Of a stretch of 64,000 bases of DNA, positions 24,681-32,736 are shown in pieces; the first letter of the stretch is position 1; every line of letters begins with the position of its first letter. Position numbers and translations under genes: made by a program. Under the pieces are notes generated by a model. It was given only the letters and a program-made list of their open reading frames with translations, was not told the DNA's origin and made no database searches. The stretch lies in contig JBGFSC010000004.1 of assembly GCA_041694815.1 (NCBI GenBank), forward strand, positions 50,667-114,666. The letters run 5' to 3'. Origin of the DNA: Elusimicrobiota bacterium (GTDB lineage Bacteria; Elusimicrobiota; Elusimicrobia; UBA1565; JACRDR01).

Positions 24681-25611
24681 CCTGGCGTCTTCCCGCCTGG
24701 GGGCGCGAGTGCTGGCGGCCAACGACGACTTCTTCGCCCCTAAGGAAAACCTGATCAAGCCGGAGCCGGCCGTCTTCATCAAGGACAAATACACCAGCCG
24801 TGGGAAATGGATGGACGGCTGGGAGACGCGTCGGCGTCGCGCGCCGGGGCATGATTGGTGCCTGTTGCGGCTCGGCTGCCGCGGCACCTTGCGTGGAGTC
24901 GACGTCGACACGAGCCACTTCCTCGGCAACTATCCCGAGCACTGCTCGATAGAGGCCTGCGACCTTCCGGTGGGAGCGTCCTTGAGGAAGCTGGAGGCCG
25001 CCTCGTGGACCGAGATTCTTCCCAAGTCGCCCCTCAAGGGGGGGACCCATAATCTCTTGGCGATAGGCAGCGCTACGCCCTGTTCCTTCCTGCGCCTGCG
25101 CATCTACCCCGACGGCGGGGTCGCGCGCCTGCGGGCCTATGGGGAGGTGGTTCCGGATTTTTCCAAGTCCCGAGGGCTCATCGACCTGGCCTCGGTGCTC
25201 AACGGTGGCTGGGTCACCGCCAACAGCGATCGTTTCTTCGGCTCCCCCGGCAACATGCTCATGCCCGGCCGGGCCCGCAACATGGGCGACGGGTGGGAGA
25301 CCAAGCGGCGCCGCGGCCCGGGGCATGATTGGGCGATCGTGCGCCTAGGTGCCGCTGGCCGGATCCAGAAGGTCGAGCTCGATACCAACCACTTCAAGGG
25401 CAATTATCCCGACGCGTGTTCGCTGGAAGGCGGCGACGGTTCGAGCTGGACCGAGATCCTTCCAAGGACCAAGCTGAGGCCCCACACGCGGCATTTTTTC
25501 CAAAAGGAGATCACCCACTCCGGTCCCTTCAGCCAGGTGCGCATCAATATCTACCCCGACGGCGGGGTGAGCCGCCTGCGGATCTATGGACTCGTTGGGC
25601 CGGTTCAATAA
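24604..25611 (+). CDS. alc: Allantoicase
   Basis: Two repeats of DGWET.RRR.PGHDW and IYPDGGV.RLR.YG. Confidence 0.96.
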   Translation: MSEEILQGLAESPSAAKAPPFTDLPDLASSRLGARVLAANDDFFAPKENLIKPEPAVFIKDKYTSRGKWMDGWETRRRRAPGHDWCLLRLGCRGTLRGVDVDTSHFLGNYPEHCSIEACDLPVGASLRKLEAASWTEILPKSPLKGGTHNLLAIGSATPCSFLRLRIYPDGGVARLRAYGEVVPDFSKSRGLIDLASVLNGGWVTANSDRFFGSPGNMLMPGRARNMGDGWETKRRRGPGHDWAIVRLGAAGRIQKVELDTNHFKGNYPDACSLEGGDGSSWTEILPRTKLRPHTRHFFQKEITHSGPFSQVRINIYPDGGVSRLRIYGLVGPVQ

Positions 25612-26098
25612 GCTCGGCGAGGCCGAGGCGCGCGAGGCGCTCTTGCGCTGCTGCGGGTCACGCCGCTGGGTGGAGGCCATGCTGGCCGAGCGCCCCTTCG
25701 CCGACAGGGAAGCGCTCATCGAGCGCGCCGGCAAGGCTTTCCTGGCGTTGGACCGAACGGACCTGCTGGAGGCTTTCTCGCAACACCCCAAGATAGGCGA
25801 CTTGCGGAGCCTCAAGGCCAAGTTCGCGGGCACCAGGGCTTGGGCCAAGGACGAGCAGGCCGGTGCCGCGCAAGCCGATGAGAGGGTGCTCGCCAGCCTG
25901 GCCGAGGCCAACGAGGCCTATGAGAGGAAATTCGGCTACATCTTCATCATCTGCGCCACTGGCAGGAGCGCGGCCGAGATGCTGCGCGAGCTCCTGCGGC
26001 GGATGGGGCAGGATCCCGAGACCGAGCTGCAAACGGCGGCGCTCGAGCAGGCCAAGATCACGAGGCTTCGGCTGGAGAAGCTGCTCAAAGATTACTAG
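25586..26098 (+). CDS. uraD: OHCU decarboxylase
   Basis: CCGS..W, HPKIG, EQAG, YE.KFGYIFIICA.G and EQ.KI..LRL. Confidence 0.94.
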   Translation: MDSLGRFNKLGEAEAREALLRCCGSRRWVEAMLAERPFADREALIERAGKAFLALDRTDLLEAFSQHPKIGDLRSLKAKFAGTRAWAKDEQAGAAQADERVLASLAEANEAYERKFGYIFIICATGRSAAEMLRELLRRMGQDPETELQTAALEQAKITRLRLEKLLKDY

Positions 26099-26109
26099 AC
26101 TAGCACCTC

Positions 26110-26445
26110 ATGAGCCTTAGCACGCACGTGCTCGACACCGCGCGCGGCCGTCCCGCGAAGGGAGTGCCCGTCACGGTCGAGATTTTCACCGAGGCCGGGT
26201 TCCGCAAGCTCGCCGAGGGCCGTACGAATGCGGACGGGCGCATCCCGGCCCTGCTCGGCTCGGGAACGATGCGCAAAGGCCTCTACCGGATCGTGTTCAA
26301 TACCAGCGCCTATTTCCGCGCGGCGAAGGTTAAGAGTTTCTTCCCGATGGTGGCCGTCAACGTCTCGATCGCCGACCCGAAGAGCCACTATCATATCCCC
26401 TTGTTGCTGAGCCCTTTCGGCTATTCGACCTATCGTGGCAGCTAG
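26110..26445 (+). CDS. uraH: 5-hydroxyisourate hydrolase (transthyretin-like)
   Basis: LSTHVLDT..G.PA, TNADGR and HYHIPLLLSPFGYSTYRGS. Confidence 0.96.
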   Translation: MSLSTHVLDTARGRPAKGVPVTVEIFTEAGFRKLAEGRTNADGRIPALLGSGTMRKGLYRIVFNTSAYFRAAKVKSFFPMVAVNVSIADPKSHYHIPLLLSPFGYSTYRGS

Positions 26446-27091
26446 GGCAATCGCGCCCGTCCTCCTGCTTGCATGTTCGGCCCTCGTCGTCCGCGCCGAA
26501 GAGCCGGCGGGCAGAGCGCTTATGCGTGCCCACGGCTGCATGAGCTGCCATCGAATCGGGGAACGGGGGGGCAACGCGGGCCCCGATTTGAGCGTCGTGG
26601 GCCTGCGACATTCCCGCGAGTGGCTCGAGCGCTGGCTCAAGGACCCCCGCGCCTGGAAGCACGATACGGCGATGCCGAATTTCCGGCTCTCCGACGGCAG
26701 CCGTTCGGCCATCGTCGATTATCTCGCTTCCCTGCGAGGCAGGGACTACATAAAGGAAAGCGCCCATGGGGATCCGCTCGAGCGGGGCCGGCGGATTTAC
26801 CTTCGCGCCGGCTGCGTCGCCTGCCACGGCGCCGGGGGGCGCGGCGGGCATCCCAACAATAACGTTGCCGGAGGCCGCATCCCGGCCTTGGATCGGGTGG
26901 CCGAGGGCTTCTCTCCGGAGGAGCTGGAGCAGCGCATCCGCCGCGGCCGCAGGCCGGACAAGGAGGACCCGCGGGGACCAGACCCATTGGTCGCGATGCC
27001 CGCCTGGGGAGCCCTGCTGTCCGACGCCGAGATCAAGGACGTCTCGGCCTATGTATCGTCGCTCAATACTGGGGCGCGCCAAGACTGGTGA
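26435..27091 (+). CDS. Exported diheme c-type cytochrome
   Basis: Signal peptide; CMSCH...GPDL...MP and CVACH...MPAW heme domains. Confidence 0.88.
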   Translation: MAARAIAPVLLLACSALVVRAEEPAGRALMRAHGCMSCHRIGERGGNAGPDLSVVGLRHSREWLERWLKDPRAWKHDTAMPNFRLSDGSRSAIVDYLASLRGRDYIKESAHGDPLERGRRIYLRAGCVACHGAGGRGGHPNNNVAGGRIPALDRVAEGFSPEELEQRIRRGRRPDKEDPRGPDPLVAMPAWGALLSDAEIKDVSAYVSSLNTGARQDW

Positions 27092-27097
27092 GGTTCG

Positions 27098-27910
27098 ATG
27101 GATATCCAATGGAATGAGTGGCTCAACCTGCTCGCGCGCTGGATCCACGTGATCGCCGGGATCATGTGGATCGGGCAGACCTATCTGTTCAACTGGATGG
27201 AGCGGGCGTTGACGCCTCCCTCCCCGGCCAAGAAGAACATCTCGGGCGAGCTATGGATGGTGCACGGCGGGGGCTTTTATCTGGTCGAGAAGCAGAAATG
27301 GCCCGAAATTATGCCTCGGAGGCTGCATTGGTTCAAATGGGAGGCGGCCTCTACCTGGCTCAGCGGCGTGTTCCTTCTAGGCGTCGTCTATTGGAGCAGG
27401 CCCATCCTGTTGGAGTACGGCTCTTCGCTCAGCCAGGCCCAGGGCGTGGCCATTTCCGTCAGCGTTCTTATCGGCGGATGGGTTCTTTATAACTTGGTCT
27501 GGCGTTCGCCGCTGGGCAAAAGCGAGCTTCTAGGCGCGGCGGTATCCTGGGCGCTGGTGCTGGCCCTGGCCTGGGGGCTCGGACAGGTGTTGAGCGATCG
27601 TGCGGCCTACCTGCATATCGGCGCGATGTTCGGCACCATCATGGTGGCCAATGTCTGGATGGTGATCCTACCCAATCAGCGCAAGATGATTGAGATCAGC
27701 AAGGCCGGCGGCGTTGCCGACCCCAGCCTGTCCGCGCGCGCGGCGCGCTGCTCGAAGCACAACACCTACATGAGCGTTCCGTTGATATTCACGATGCTCA
27801 GTAATCATTTCCCAGAAGCCACATTCGGCCGGCCTTACGGCTGGCTGGTCCTGGGCGTGCTCGTGCTGCTGGGATGGTGCGCGGCGAAACTCATCCGAGA
27901 CCATCTCTAA
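27098..27910 (+). CDS. puuD: Urate hydroxylase PuuD membrane domain (no fused cytochrome c)
   Basis: RWIHVIAGIMWIG, LWMVHGGGFY, LHWFKWEA..TWLSG, GTIM.ANVW..I.PNQ and HN.Y..P..F.M.SNH; no CxxCH. Confidence 0.9.
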   Translation: MDIQWNEWLNLLARWIHVIAGIMWIGQTYLFNWMERALTPPSPAKKNISGELWMVHGGGFYLVEKQKWPEIMPRRLHWFKWEAASTWLSGVFLLGVVYWSRPILLEYGSSLSQAQGVAISVSVLIGGWVLYNLVWRSPLGKSELLGAAVSWALVLALAWGLGQVLSDRAAYLHIGAMFGTIMVANVWMVILPNQRKMIEISKAGGVADPSLSARAARCSKHNTYMSVPLIFTMLSNHFPEATFGRPYGWLVLGVLVLLGWCAAKLIRDHL

Positions 27911-28212
27911 AGCCCCATCGCGCGGCCGCCGGCCCTGTTATATTCTGCCACGATCGCCTCCCGGGCCGCCTGATAGGCCTCCGACGTGATGGGATGGACG
28001 ATGTCGAAGTACTCCTTCTCCCGTTCCCCGGTCCCCTTGCGTTGGGGAAATGAGATGAACGGCGCCTCCTTTCCTTGCACGATGCGGATATCCTTGATGA
28101 CGAAGGAGTCGGCGACCACGAGCTCCGCGAAGCCGAGCAGCGTGCTTTTGCCGCTAGCGGCTTGGTAGAGCCTTACTTTCGCTTGTACGGCGGGTGCGCT
28201 GTTTTTGGACAT
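27907..28212 (-). CDS. spoVG: SpoVG-family protein
   Basis: FVIKDIRIVQGK...FISFP.RK....YFDIVHPIT; AAAGGAGG SD. Confidence 0.9.
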   Translation of the reverse strand: MSKNSAPAVQAKVRLYQAASGKSTLLGFAELVVADSFVIKDIRIVQGKEAPFISFPQRKGTGEREKEYFDIVHPITSEAYQAAREAIVAEYNRAGGRAMGL

Positions 28213-28356
28213 GTTATCCCTCCTTTGACGGCACCCTTATATACGAACGAGCAAGCAAAAAGTTCCAAAAATTTTGATGAGTCAAACCGCATGCCATGAG
28301 TTATTGCGACTCGATTTCGAGAAAAAAGCTTAATTTTAAAGGGCTTAGTTCTTAGA

Positions 28357-28375
28357 TTTTCCGGTGACCGGAAAA
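28357..28375. other. Short palindrome TTTTCCGG-tga-CCGGAAAA (terminator-like or protein-binding site)
   Basis: Perfect 8-bp inverted repeat just past the archaemetzincin stop, in the AT-rich spoVG upstream region. Confidence 0.4.
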
Positions 28376-28380
28376 CCGGA

Positions 28381-29277
28381 TTAGGGTACGCCTTTTCGGA
28401 CCGAACAAAATCGAGCTTCCTTTATGTAACCGTGGGCGCGGTAAAACCGCTCCAGAGTCGCATAGCGGGTCGCCGGGTCCAAGCCGATATTGAGCCTTAA
28501 TTTCTGAAGATCGACGGGACACAAATGCATCGGCTGCCGATCGCTCTCCTCAAGCGAGTTGGATCCGTTCATGACGCATTGATAGGCGAGGCAATGGTCG
28601 ATCCCCAAGACGTGGCCCAACTCGTGGACGGCGGTCGTCAGAGTCCGTTGCTCCAAGGTCGCGCCCTTGGGCTGGCCGCGGTATCGCTCGCTCAGCCGCG
28701 CCAGTGAGAAGACGCCGGCGGCCAGGTCTTCCCGAGCCAGGCCGAATACGAAGTCGTCGTCGTCCGTATAGAGATCTTCAGTCAAGAAGCCCGCGACGGC
28801 GAAGGCGTCGGTCGGTGCATTTTTGTGAAGCTGCTTCAGCAAGGATTCTGCCTCGAATTGTCGGCGCTTGGGGCGCCAGGCTCGCCGGTCGGGCTCGATT
28901 CCCGGCAGGATTTTCGCCGGGGTCCCGAAGAAGGCTTCCAAGTATTCCCGAGCCGTTTCCATCAAGCGGGCGTGTTGCGCCTCGATCCCGCCGAGCGGCT
29001 GCACATAGATCGTTCGACGGGAAGGGCGCCACTTATTTTCCAAGCCTTTGAGGTATTCCTCGACCGACTGGGGCTTCTCCTCGGGATGATCCCAGCGCCA
29101 ATCGCCTTCCTGCGGAGGCCCGAGACGCTTGAAGCCGGTGTCGTCAAGCGGGGTCCTCGTCCGAAAGTTCGTGAGATCCTTCGAGACGCTCGCCACGTCT
29201 TCATTGAAAAACGCGCGGACCGCTAGCGGATGGACGACGGTGAGGAGCACCGATGCGGCGAGGATCGAGAAGCTCAT
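28381..29277 (-). CDS. Archaemetzincin (peptidase M54) family metalloprotease, secreted
   Basis: HELGHVLGIDHC...CVMNGS...LCP.D and FVFGLA; signal peptide after ATG 29277. Confidence 0.9.
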   Translation of the reverse strand: MSFSILAASVLLTVVHPLAVRAFFNEDVASVSKDLTNFRTRTPLDDTGFKRLGPPQEGDWRWDHPEEKPQSVEEYLKGLENKWRPSRRTIYVQPLGGIEAQHARLMETAREYLEAFFGTPAKILPGIEPDRRAWRPKRRQFEAESLLKQLHKNAPTDAFAVAGFLTEDLYTDDDDFVFGLAREDLAAGVFSLARLSERYRGQPKGATLEQRTLTTAVHELGHVLGIDHCLAYQCVMNGSNSLEESDRQPMHLCPVDLQKLRLNIGLDPATRYATLERFYRAHGYIKEARFCSVRKGVP

Positions 29278-29440
29278 CCCGCTTTTATACACCGCCTACC
29301 CCCGGGGCGCAAGGGACGGCGGCTCTCGAGAATCTTGAGGAAGGACCGAGACTGGAATTCCTCTTTCCTCAAGCCGGTGGCCCGCGCCTCCTCGAGCGTG
29401 ATGGCCCCGCAGCTGAGCCCGCGTAGAAGAAATTGAGCAG
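29274..29440 (-). pseudogene. Orphaned former 3' end of the HpcH/CitE-like gene
   Basis: 29319-29440 aligns with 30066-30188 (about 103/123 nt by hand count, one 1-nt deletion). Encodes LRGLSCGAITLEEARATGL...EFQSRSFLKILE. Confidence 0.85.
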
Positions 29441-29445
29441 GCAGG

Positions 29446-30060
29446 CTAAAGATCATTCGCCTCCGAGAGTTCCTTATAACGCTCCGGATATTTTTTCTTG
29501 AAGGCGTCGACCAGTTTTTTTCGATGCGCTTTCCAGGTGGCGGCGTTTTTGCCGAGTTTGCGCTGGTTGGAGTCATAGACCAAAAACTCCCATATCGCCT
29601 TGCCCTCGGGCTTGTCGATTTTGCATCCCGGCTTCGACATCATACGTTTGACGTAACGAGACCAGACATCTGCTTCCGGTTGCCAAACGGTCGGGTCTTT
29701 GAATATTTCGGGACTCGATTTCTTCCATTCCGCAAGCGCCGCGCGTTTTAACGACATTCGTTTCTCAGGGTCATCGATGCGTTCATCATTGACGTAAGGT
29801 TCTACGAAGCGGGAGTTAAGCGGCCGAGCGGGCTGATGGCACTGGGAGCAGCGAGCCTTCAATAGCATGTACCCCTCTTTAAACCGGGAAGGATAGGCCT
29901 TCACCCTCGCATCGATCTCCTGTGGGCCAAGATCATTCGGATACGGATTCTGCGTGGCTTTTTCCTTTTCCAGCTCCGCGGCGCTCTTTTTCGTTTCCAC
30001 TCGAGGGCCTGAAATACAGATAGAAGGTAGTAAGAAGCAGGCAAGGATCAGTTTTTTCAT
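29446..30060 (-). CDS. Exported monoheme c-type cytochrome (lower GC)
   Basis: Signal peptide; CSQCH; W.RYVKRMM.KPG..I distal-Met region resembling c551-type domains. Confidence 0.8.
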   Translation of the reverse strand: MKKLILACFLLPSICISGPRVETKKSAAELEKEKATQNPYPNDLGPQEIDARVKAYPSRFKEGYMLLKARCSQCHQPARPLNSRFVEPYVNDERIDDPEKRMSLKRAALAEWKKSSPEIFKDPTVWQPEADVWSRYVKRMMSKPGCKIDKPEGKAIWEFLVYDSNQRKLGKNAATWKAHRKKLVDAFKKKYPERYKELSEANDL

Positions 30061-31409
30061 TTTTTGCGATTCTCCAATATTTTAAGGAATGACCGTGACT
30101 GGAATTCCGCCTGCGTCAACCCGGTAGCCTGGGCCTCCTCGAGCGTGATGGCCCCGCAGTTGAGCCCGCGCAGGAAGAAATTGAGCAGTCCTTGCCCCGT
30201 GGCCGCGTCGTCGAAAACGTCGCCGACCAAGGTCGCCTGGGCCGCCTTCTCGACGAAGTTCTTGAGCCGCGCCGAGGCGGCGTCCAAGCCCTTGAGGAAG
30301 AAATAGAAAACCGCCGCGTAGCGGGTCGGAAGCTGCGCGGGGTGCAGGTCCCAGCCCTCGTAAAAGCCGCCGACGAGCGAATGCTGGATATGGTCGAAGT
30401 GGAGCTTCCAGGCCCGGTGCACCGCCGCGCGATTCTCGTCGATCTGCCCGCGCGAGAGGGCCTCGCCCTGAGAGGCGCGGTGGATCGGCACCGGCATCAC
30501 GTTGGTGGCGCCGTCGGAGAGCTGTATGCCCCGCTGGGCCAGCGAGACCTGCATGGCGTGCTTGGCGAAATCGCAGGCCGGGTGGTCCATGGCCTGGTGG
30601 TTCGCCGTGATGTTGCAAAGCGCCGTGTAATCGTAGGTGCCGAAATGGGCGGCGACGCAGCGGCCTTGCAACGCGTCGACGAGCGAAGGCAATACCAACT
30701 CCCCCTTCTCGCCGAATATGGACTGGGGCGTTTCGACCATGAGCTCGACCTTCAAGGCGCCGTTTTTTAAGCGCAGCCTCCGCTCGAGCGCGCCTAGGGC
30801 CTTGGCCAGGGCGGCGGGTTGGGCGGGCGAGGTGATCTTGGGCAGGGTGACGACGAATCGCGGGGGCAGCGACTTCTTGCCGCAAGACAGGAGGGTGGTC
30901 AAGAAGATGTCGAGCGTGCGCAGCGAGCGAGCGCGCAGGGGCTCGGAGAGAGGCTTCATGCGCATGCCGATGAAGGGAGGCAGCGTCCCTTGGGCTAGAC
31001 CCTCGGCGAGCTCCACGGCGGCTTGGACCGCGTGGGCGTCCTCCTCGGCGTCCGGGCGGTTGCCGTATCCGTCCTCGAAATCGATGCGGAAATCCTCCAC
31101 GGGCTCGCTCTGGAGCTTGGCCAGGACCCGGGCGTATACCGTTTCGGCCAGCCGCCCCTCATCGATGCCGAGAGCCGATGCGAGTTCCCGGAAGGTGGGC
31201 GCGTATTCGGACAAGGACTTGAGCGCGAGCGCGCCCATCTTGCCGGCGCTGTCTCGCTTGAACAGATGCGCCCCGCCGTAGACGACGTGCACGGGCTGGC
31301 GCTCGCCCGAGTCCCCGGGATGCGAGCGCGCGAAGGCCGCGTTGCCGCGCTTAAGGGCCGAGAAAACGGGGTTTAGGTCCGCGGGTTTTAGAGAGCTTTT
31401 CGGCGTCAT
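30057..31409 (-). CDS. HpcH/HpaI aldolase-citrate lyase (CitE/malate synthase-like, DUF6986-type) enzyme
   Basis: RQPVHVVYGGAH, EDFRIDFEDGYG, LPK, MVETP, HFGTYDY, LSDGATN and GWDLHP.QL. Confidence 0.8.
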   Translation of the reverse strand: MTPKSSLKPADLNPVFSALKRGNAAFARSHPGDSGERQPVHVVYGGAHLFKRDSAGKMGALALKSLSEYAPTFRELASALGIDEGRLAETVYARVLAKLQSEPVEDFRIDFEDGYGNRPDAEEDAHAVQAAVELAEGLAQGTLPPFIGMRMKPLSEPLRARSLRTLDIFLTTLLSCGKKSLPPRFVVTLPKITSPAQPAALAKALGALERRLRLKNGALKVELMVETPQSIFGEKGELVLPSLVDALQGRCVAAHFGTYDYTALCNITANHQAMDHPACDFAKHAMQVSLAQRGIQLSDGATNVMPVPIHRASQGEALSRGQIDENRAAVHRAWKLHFDHIQHSLVGGFYEGWDLHPAQLPTRYAAVFYFFLKGLDAASARLKNFVEKAAQATLVGDVFDDAATGQGLLNFFLRGLNCGAITLEEAQATGLTQAEFQSRSFLKILENRKK

Positions 31410-32269
31410 CGTTGGTTCTCCAGGAATTCTCTGAGGAGATTGCGGGACACGGCCAGGCGGTATTCGGCCGTCGAGCGCACGTCGTCGATCGGAGAAACGT
31501 CGCGCTCGAGCAGCGTGCAGGCGTGATCGATCGCGGGGCCATCGAGCCTTTTCCCGCGGAGGAAGGACTCGGCGGACTTAAGCCTCCGCACGGTCGGGGC
31601 CATGCTGCCTAAGGCGAAACGCAGCTCCTCGACCGCGCCGCCGGAGGAAAGCCACAGGAGCCCCGCCGCCACGGTCTTAGAAAGGGCCTGAGCGGCCCGG
31701 GTGCCGACCTTGCGGAAATAGGAGCGTTTCGGGCGGGTCCGCGGGAAAGGAAGTTCGACGGCCGTGATGAGCTCGCCGGGGCGCAGCGTGGTCTTCTTGA
31801 CCCCGGCGAATATGTCCGTAAACGGCACCGCGCGCCGGCCTTCCCGGGAGGCGACATGTACGATCGCCTCGTAGACGGCCAGCGGGGGGAAGGTGTCGCC
31901 GGCTGGCGAGGCGTTGGCGATGTTTCCGCCGAGCGTGCCCCGGTTTTGGATCGCCAAGGCGCCGATGAGGGCGCAGGCCTTGGGCAGCAGGGGAAAGTCC
32001 CGCCGGATCGCGGGGTGGCGCTGGAGCGTCGAATGCGTCGCCAAGGCCCCCACGATCACCCCGGCTTTGGTCGCGTGGATCGATCCCCACTCCGCGACGC
32101 GCGAGAGATCGAGGATCGTCCTATGGTTTTGGAGGCCGGCGTTCCAGGCGACCATAAAATCGGTGCCTCCGGCCAATGGCAGGGCCTCCGGGCGTTCGGC
32201 CAGCCGCTCGAGCGCCTCCCGGGCCGAGCGGGGCCGGATCCAGGCCATGCTCTCCGCGATCCCCCTCAT
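31406..32269 (-). CDS. Xanthine dehydrogenase family FAD-binding subunit
   Basis: PLAGGTD, IQNRGTLGGNIANASPAGD and PIDDVRSTAEYR; ATGA-coupled to the FeS subunit. Confidence 0.92.
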   Translation of the reverse strand: MRGIAESMAWIRPRSAREALERLAERPEALPLAGGTDFMVAWNAGLQNHRTILDLSRVAEWGSIHATKAGVIVGALATHSTLQRHPAIRRDFPLLPKACALIGALAIQNRGTLGGNIANASPAGDTFPPLAVYEAIVHVASREGRRAVPFTDIFAGVKKTTLRPGELITAVELPFPRTRPKRSYFRKVGTRAAQALSKTVAAGLLWLSSGGAVEELRFALGSMAPTVRRLKSAESFLRGKRLDGPAIDHACTLLERDVSPIDDVRSTAEYRLAVSRNLLREFLENQR

Positions 32270-32736
32270 GCCCGCGACTTCCTTTTGCGGGCGGCCGCGA
32301 TCACGGAGTCGACGATCTGTTGGTATCCCGTGCAGCGGCAAAGATTGCCGGCCAAGGCGTTGCGCACGGCGGATGGGTCCTTGGATCCGCCGGAGCCGAG
32401 CCAATAGGAGGCGGTCATCAGCATGCCGGGAGTGCAGATGCCGCATTGCGCGCCCCCCGATTCCAGGAAGCACTGCTGCAAGGCGTTGAGGCGCTCGCCA
32501 GCGGCCAGGGATTCGACCGTTTTCACCGCTCGGCCATCGAGCTGGCCGACGGGGATGAGGCAGCTGTTCACCGGTTCGCCGTCGAGCAGCACGGTGCAGG
32601 CCCCGCACTCGCCCTCGCCGCAGCCTTCCTTCGTGCCGGTCAGTTGGAAATCCTCCCGAAGCACGTCGATGAGGCGTTTGAACGGAGGGCCGCCGAAAAT
32701 CCGCCGCTTACCGTTGACCGTTATTCTTATGGGCAT
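32266..32736 (-). CDS. Xanthine dehydrogenase family (2Fe-2S) subunit
   Basis: GTKEGCGEGECGACTV, QCGICTPG and GNLCRCTGY. Confidence 0.95.
   Translation of the reverse strand: MPIRITVNGKRRIFGGPPFKRLIDVLREDFQLTGTKEGCGEGECGACTVLLDGEPVNSCLIPVGQLDGRAVKTVESLAAGERLNALQQCFLESGGAQCGICTPGMLMTASYWLGSGGSKDPSAVRNALAGNLCRCTGYQQIVDSVIAAARKRKSRA

Noticed and set aside
29319-30188. Duplicated segment as a DGR template/variable repeat pair
   Set aside because: Differences are not adenine-specific and are largely synonymous; there is no reverse transcriptase in the window.
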